Below are positions 57,289-61,148 of a stretch of 61,148 bases of DNA, piece after piece. This stretch comes from Bacilli bacterium (GTDB taxonomy: Bacteria; Bacillota_I; Bacilli_A; ML615J-28; CAG-698). The stretch lies in NCBI GenBank assembly GCA_016296945.1, contig JAEDHQ010000001.1, positions 1 to 61,148 of the forward strand, given 5' to 3'. Made by a program: the position numbers and the translations under genes. The first letter of the stretch is position 1; every line of letters begins with the position of its first letter. The notes below the pieces were generated by a model. It did not search any database, was not told the DNA's origin, and saw only the letters and a program-made list of their open reading frames with translations.

Positions 57289-59694
57289 TTATGCTCTTAA
57301 TTTTGCAAAATTATTCTTTTCTAATGTCTTTAATATTTTATTAACTTTTGCATTAACTACTTCATCAGTCAATGTTTCATTTGATGAGAATACTACTTTA
57401 CAAGCAATACTCTTTTCATCAGATTCTATTTTTTCTCCTACATATAAGTCAAAGATAATAACATCAGTTATCATTTTCTTATCTACTGCCTTAATTGCTT
57501 CAACTAATTGACTAGCACTAATTTCTTTCTTTAAGACAAATGCTAAATCGCGTTCTACGTTAGGTACTTTTAAGACAGGTGTATAAATGCGTGTTGCTTC
57601 TACTTCTGTTAAGATATCATGAACATCGATTTCCGCAACATATACATTCTTTAAATCATTAGCTTGTGCATATTTTGGATGTAATTCTCCAACATAACCA
57701 ACCATTTTACCTTTGTATAATATTTTTGCAGTACGTAATGGATGCATTGTGCTTTCAAATACATCAAGTTTTTGATAATCAAATTCAACACCAATTTCAG
57801 AAAATGCTTGATTGATTAAACCTTTTATTAAATAGAAATCCACTTTTTCTACTTTTCCATTCCATAAAGTATTTGAATATTGATTTGCTAAAGCGATTGA
57901 TAAATGCTCTTTTTCTATATATTTTCCATTATTTTGAGCATAATCTTTGTAATATACTTTACCTATTTCATAAAATGCAACATCAGTCATCTTACGATTA
58001 AATGAATAACTAACATTTTCTAAAATACTAGGAACTAGACTGCGACGTAATACTTTTCTTTCATTACTGATTGGTAACATTAATTCAATGCTTTCTTCAC
58101 CATCATTGAATAAAAATTTAAATTCATTATTGTTTTCACGTAATGAATAGTTTATTGCTTCTACTAAGCCTAAATCTTTTAAAACATGTTTTAGGGTTCT
58201 TCTTCTTTTTTGATAATTAGTAAGTTCTCCTGCTAATGCAGTATTAGGAAGTGTAACAGGTAATTCTTCATAACCATGAATTCTTCCAACTTCTTCGATA
58301 ATATCTTGTTTAATGGCAACATCAAAGCGACGATTTGGAACTTCTATTTCAATTTTTCCGTCTTGTAAAGACGCAGCAAATTGTAAACGATGCATAATAT
58401 CAATTACATCTTCATCACTTACCTTTACTCCTAAATAATTAGATATATATTCACTAGTTATTTCTACTTTTTTAGATTCTTTAGAAGTAATTCCTTTAAC
58501 GACATCCCCTTTCGCAATACTTGCTTCACATAATTCTTTGAATAAATAACATGTATAATCTAATGCTTGTTTTATTCGATTAACATCTACTCCCTTTTCA
58601 TAACGAATAGATGACTCACTACGTAAATCAAGACGAGTGAAAGTCTTACGAATACTAACTGGATCAAAGATGGCTGCTTCAATTACAATGTCTTTTGTTT
58701 CATCATTAATTGATGAATTAGCACCACCCATAACACCAGCTAAAGCAACAGGTTTTTCACCATCAGTAATAACAATATCACTAGGAAGTAAATCTCGTTT
58801 GATTCCATCAAGTGTTACTAATGTCTCATTTTCGAATGCTTGACGCACTTTAATTTTATTACCTAACAACTTGTAATCAAATGCGTGTAATGGTTGCCCA
58901 AATAGCGCTAGGATGTAATTTGTGATATCAACCGCGTTATTTATTGGACGAATACCAAAAGCGATTAAACGCGAAATTAACCAATCAGGAGATTTTTTAA
59001 TTTTTACATCTTTAATAACTTTTGCATAGTATGTTATACACTTATCAGTTTCTATTTCTACATCGATTAATTCTTTATTTTCAAATTCTGCTTCTACTAA
59101 CTTATAAGCTAGTGGCTTCATTGGACGATTGAAAACAGCACTTACTTCATAAGCAACACCTAACATTGATAATAAATCTCCACGATTTGGAGTTAATCCT
59201 AATTCGATTACCTCATCATCTAGTTCCAGTGCTTTTAGTGGATCATCTCCAGCTTTAACTTCCTTTTCAAAATAATAAATACCATTAGCATATTTTTCAT
59301 CGATATATTTCTTTTCCATTCCTAATTCAGCTAAAGAGCATACCATACCATTTGATTCAACGCCACGAATCTTTGATTTTTTAATCTTAAAACCACCAGG
59401 CAATTCACATCCGTTTAAAGCAACAATTACATATAAACCTTCTTTAATATTTGGAGCACCACAGACAATTTGTTCAACGCTATTACCAACATCAATTGTA
59501 CATATATGTAAATGATCACTATCTGGATGATTAACACATGTTAATACATGACCGATAGCAAGGTTGCTACCTTCCACAATTCTTTCGACACTTTCAATTT
59601 CGATTGAATGCAAGCTTAATGTATCAACTATTTCTTTAGTGCTTAAATCACTTAAATCTACTAATTCATTTAACCAGTTTAATTTTACTTTCAT
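57289..59694 (-). CDS. pheT: Phenylalanine--tRNA ligase beta subunit
   Basis: 801 aa. MKVKLNWLNE... N-terminus. tRNA-binding B5 and B3/4 regions. Confidence 0.95.
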   Translation of the reverse strand: MKVKLNWLNELVDLSDLSTKEIVDTLSLHSIEIESVERIVEGSNLAIGHVLTCVNHPDSDHLHICTIDVGNSVEQIVCGAPNIKEGLYVIVALNGCELPGGFKIKKSKIRGVESNGMVCSLAELGMEKKYIDEKYANGIYYFEKEVKAGDDPLKALELDDEVIELGLTPNRGDLLSMLGVAYEVSAVFNRPMKPLAYKLVEAEFENKELIDVEIETDKCITYYAKVIKDVKIKKSPDWLISRLIAFGIRPINNAVDITNYILALFGQPLHAFDYKLLGNKIKVRQAFENETLVTLDGIKRDLLPSDIVITDGEKPVALAGVMGGANSSINDETKDIVIEAAIFDPVSIRKTFTRLDLRSESSIRYEKGVDVNRIKQALDYTCYLFKELCEASIAKGDVVKGITSKESKKVEITSEYISNYLGVKVSDEDVIDIMHRLQFAASLQDGKIEIEVPNRRFDVAIKQDIIEEVGRIHGYEELPVTLPNTALAGELTNYQKRRRTLKHVLKDLGLVEAINYSLRENNNEFKFLFNDGEESIELMLPISNERKVLRRSLVPSILENVSYSFNRKMTDVAFYEIGKVYYKDYAQNNGKYIEKEHLSIALANQYSNTLWNGKVEKVDFYLIKGLINQAFSEIGVEFDYQKLDVFESTMHPLRTAKILYKGKMVGYVGELHPKYAQANDLKNVYVAEIDVHDILTEVEATRIYTPVLKVPNVERDLAFVLKKEISASQLVEAIKAVDKKMITDVIIFDLYVGEKIESDEKSIACKVVFSSNETLTDEVVNAKVNKILKTLEKNNFAKLRA

Positions 59695-59709
59695 AATAAA
59701 TCACCTCTA

Positions 59710-60732
59710 CTAAAATTGCTTAATGAAACGAGGATCATTTGTATAAAAATTACGAATGTCATCAATTCCATATTTAAGCATAGTAATTCTTTCAATACCG
59801 ATACCAAATGCAAATCCTTGATATTTTAAAGGATCATAACCTGCCATTCTTAATACATTAGGATGAACCATACCAGCTCCTAATACTTCAATCCAACCAT
59901 TTCCTTTACATAGTGGGCATCCTTTTCCACCACATTTAAAACATGTAACATCAACTTCAACGCTTGGTTCAGTAAATGGAAAATATGAAGGACGAAATCT
60001 AACTTTTGTATTTTCTCCTAAAATTTTTGAAAATACTTGTGTTAATGCTCCTTTTAAGTCTGCCATTGTAATATTAGTATCAACAACTAATCCTTCAATT
60101 TGCATAAATTGATGTGAATGTGTTGCATCATCATTATCACGACGATATACTTTACCAGGACAAACTACCTTAATTGGTTTTCCTTTGGCTTCTAGCATTA
60201 CACGTGCTTGAACTGGTGAAGTATGAGTACGCATTAAATTAGTTTCAGTGATATAAAATGTATCTTGCATATCACGTGCTGGATGATCTTTAGGTAGATT
60301 CATCATTTCAAAGTTATATAAATCTTCTTCTACTTCAGGTCCTTCCGCAATTTGATAACCCATACCAATGAAGATATCTTCTAATTCTTCGATTGTTTTA
60401 GTAAGAACATGTAAACTACCTTTAGAAAACTTTTTGCCAGGTAATGTAACATCAATTTCTTCGCTAGCTAATTTCTTGTTTACTTCTTCTTCTTTAATTT
60501 CTTCTAAACGTTTTAAAACAGCAGCTTCAACAGCAACCTTAAATTGATTAACCCGTCCACCAATTTCCTTTTTTTGTTCTACGCTAAATTCACGCATTTT
60601 ACCCATAATTTCAGAAACAGGACTTTTCTTACCTAAAAACTCTGCTTTTGTTTCATTAAGTTCGTTAACATTTTTCGCTTGACTGATTTTTTCTAATGCA
60701 CGAACTTCTAAATCATTAATAACATTAATCAT
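59710..60732 (-). CDS. pheS: Phenylalanine--tRNA ligase alpha subunit
   Basis: 340 aa. Class II aaRS motifs ([23 protein letters not shown]). Confidence 0.95.
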   Translation of the reverse strand: MINVINDLEVRALEKISQAKNVNELNETKAEFLGKKSPVSEIMGKMREFSVEQKKEIGGRVNQFKVAVEAAVLKRLEEIKEEEVNKKLASEEIDVTLPGKKFSKGSLHVLTKTIEELEDIFIGMGYQIAEGPEVEEDLYNFEMMNLPKDHPARDMQDTFYITETNLMRTHTSPVQARVMLEAKGKPIKVVCPGKVYRRDNDDATHSHQFMQIEGLVVDTNITMADLKGALTQVFSKILGENTKVRFRPSYFPFTEPSVEVDVTCFKCGGKGCPLCKGNGWIEVLGAGMVHPNVLRMAGYDPLKYQGFAFGIGIERITMLKYGIDDIRNFYTNDPRFIKQF

Positions 60733-60739
60733 TTTCTTC

Positions 60740-61018
60740 CTCCATTTCCTATAAAAGAACTTAACAAATTAAAAAGTCCTTAAAAGTATAAAACTCTTAA
60801 GGACGAATTATCGCGGTACCACCTTAATTCTAAAAATTAGATAACCTAATCTTCAGCACTCGATTCAACCTTTAACGCAGATATACGGACTCTATTAAAG
60901 CCATTCAATTAGCGAATTCAAAATAATCCATTGTTAAGTCACACCATACCTTAACTCTCTTTAAACTTCATTATTTTTACTACTCTAATCTCACAATGTT
61001 AATTATTCTTTTTTCTTC
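60740..61018 (-). promoter_or_regulatory. T-box riboswitch leader (Phe-specific) controlling pheST
   Basis: Minus-strand T-box sequence aattaaggtggtaccgcga (60811-60829, consensus AAUUAGGGUGGUACCGCG). It is followed by the terminator gtccttaag...cttaaggac plus a U-run (about 60770-60805). An AGAGAG box is at about 60955. A UUC (Phe) specifier candidate sits in gaaUUCgc (about 60914-60916). Confidence 0.8.
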
Positions 61019-61024
61019 GATAAT

Positions 61025-61053
61025 ATTATAACACTTTTGTATTCTTTTTTCAA
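61025..61053 (-). promoter_or_regulatory. Consensus sigma-A promoter for the T-box-pheST transcript
   Basis: Minus strand: TTGAAA (61048-61053), 17-nt spacer, gTG-TATAAT (61025-61030). Confidence 0.55.
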
Positions 61054-61148
61054 TTAAATAATTTATCAAAATCTAAAAAATCTGTATATAGAGTTAAATC
61101 ATAACCACCCGTAAAACGGGTGGTTTGCTCTGAGGGTATAACCCTCTT

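Noticed and set aside
1-61148. CRISPR arrays, tRNA/rRNA genes, IS elements or prophage genes
   Set aside because: No regularly spaced direct repeats, no tRNA cloverleaf-like conserved segments, and no transposase, integrase or phage structural signatures were seen on either strand.

Overview
This is a very AT-rich chromosomal window of 61.1 kb from a low-GC Gram-positive bacterium (Bacillota). Gene order and regulatory signals suggest Erysipelotrichia or Clostridia, but the lineage is uncertain. It is densely coding, with about 60 genes. I found no rRNA, tRNA, CRISPR array, transposase or integrase.

Housekeeping genes:
- A conserved block on the minus strand: dnaB (partial) – hypothetical – coaE – mutM – nitroreductase – polA.
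- luxS, lysC-like aspartate kinase, ispH, an iron-type alcohol dehydrogenase, and pheST behind a Phe T-box leader.

Transport and regulation:
- A ytrA-like GntR–ABC operon.
- An FMN riboswitch controlling the ribU ECF riboflavin transporter component.
- Two MATE exporters and a heterodimeric ABC exporter pair.

Metabolism:
- An eight-gene citrate(citramalate)-lyase cluster, citD-E-F-C-XG, followed by a two-subunit class I Fe-S hydro-lyase and a PduO-type cobalamin adenosyltransferase.
- A GHL10 glycosidase operon, a DUF2233 phosphodiester glycosidase, and a cytoplasmic GH9 enzyme translationally coupled to a PHP phosphatase.

The most unusual region is 33.5–43.4 kb. A promoter-to-terminator minus-strand operon (35080–42395) has overlapping reading frames. 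It encodes:
- two paralogous MutS-domain-V ABC ATPases with Walker B reading N-E;
- a Big_2 lipoprotein;
- an NTP_transf_5-type nucleotidyltransferase;
- a PqqD-family RiPP recognition element;
- a small soluble S26 peptidase with a Ser/His dyad and a GTG start;
- a flotillin.

Beside it sits an HPr-kinase-like P-loop protein coupled to a hexapeptide O-acetyltransferase. This combines lasso/RiPP-type accessory functions (RRE, nucleotidyltransferase, kinase, acetyltransferase, leader-peptidase-like protease) with no recognisable core cyclase, rSAM enzyme or precursor gene. I regard it as a candidate undescribed peptide-maturation or membrane-microdomain system.

Other notable items:
- an amidohydrolase interrupted by a single in-frame TAA;
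- a probable frameshift in a zinc-ribbon membrane protein gene;
- a 45-codon sORF with a strong RBS;
- tandem paralogous small membrane-anchored proteins;
- an N/Q/Y-rich membrane protein;
- a long AT-rich leader with a uORF ahead of the ABC exporter.
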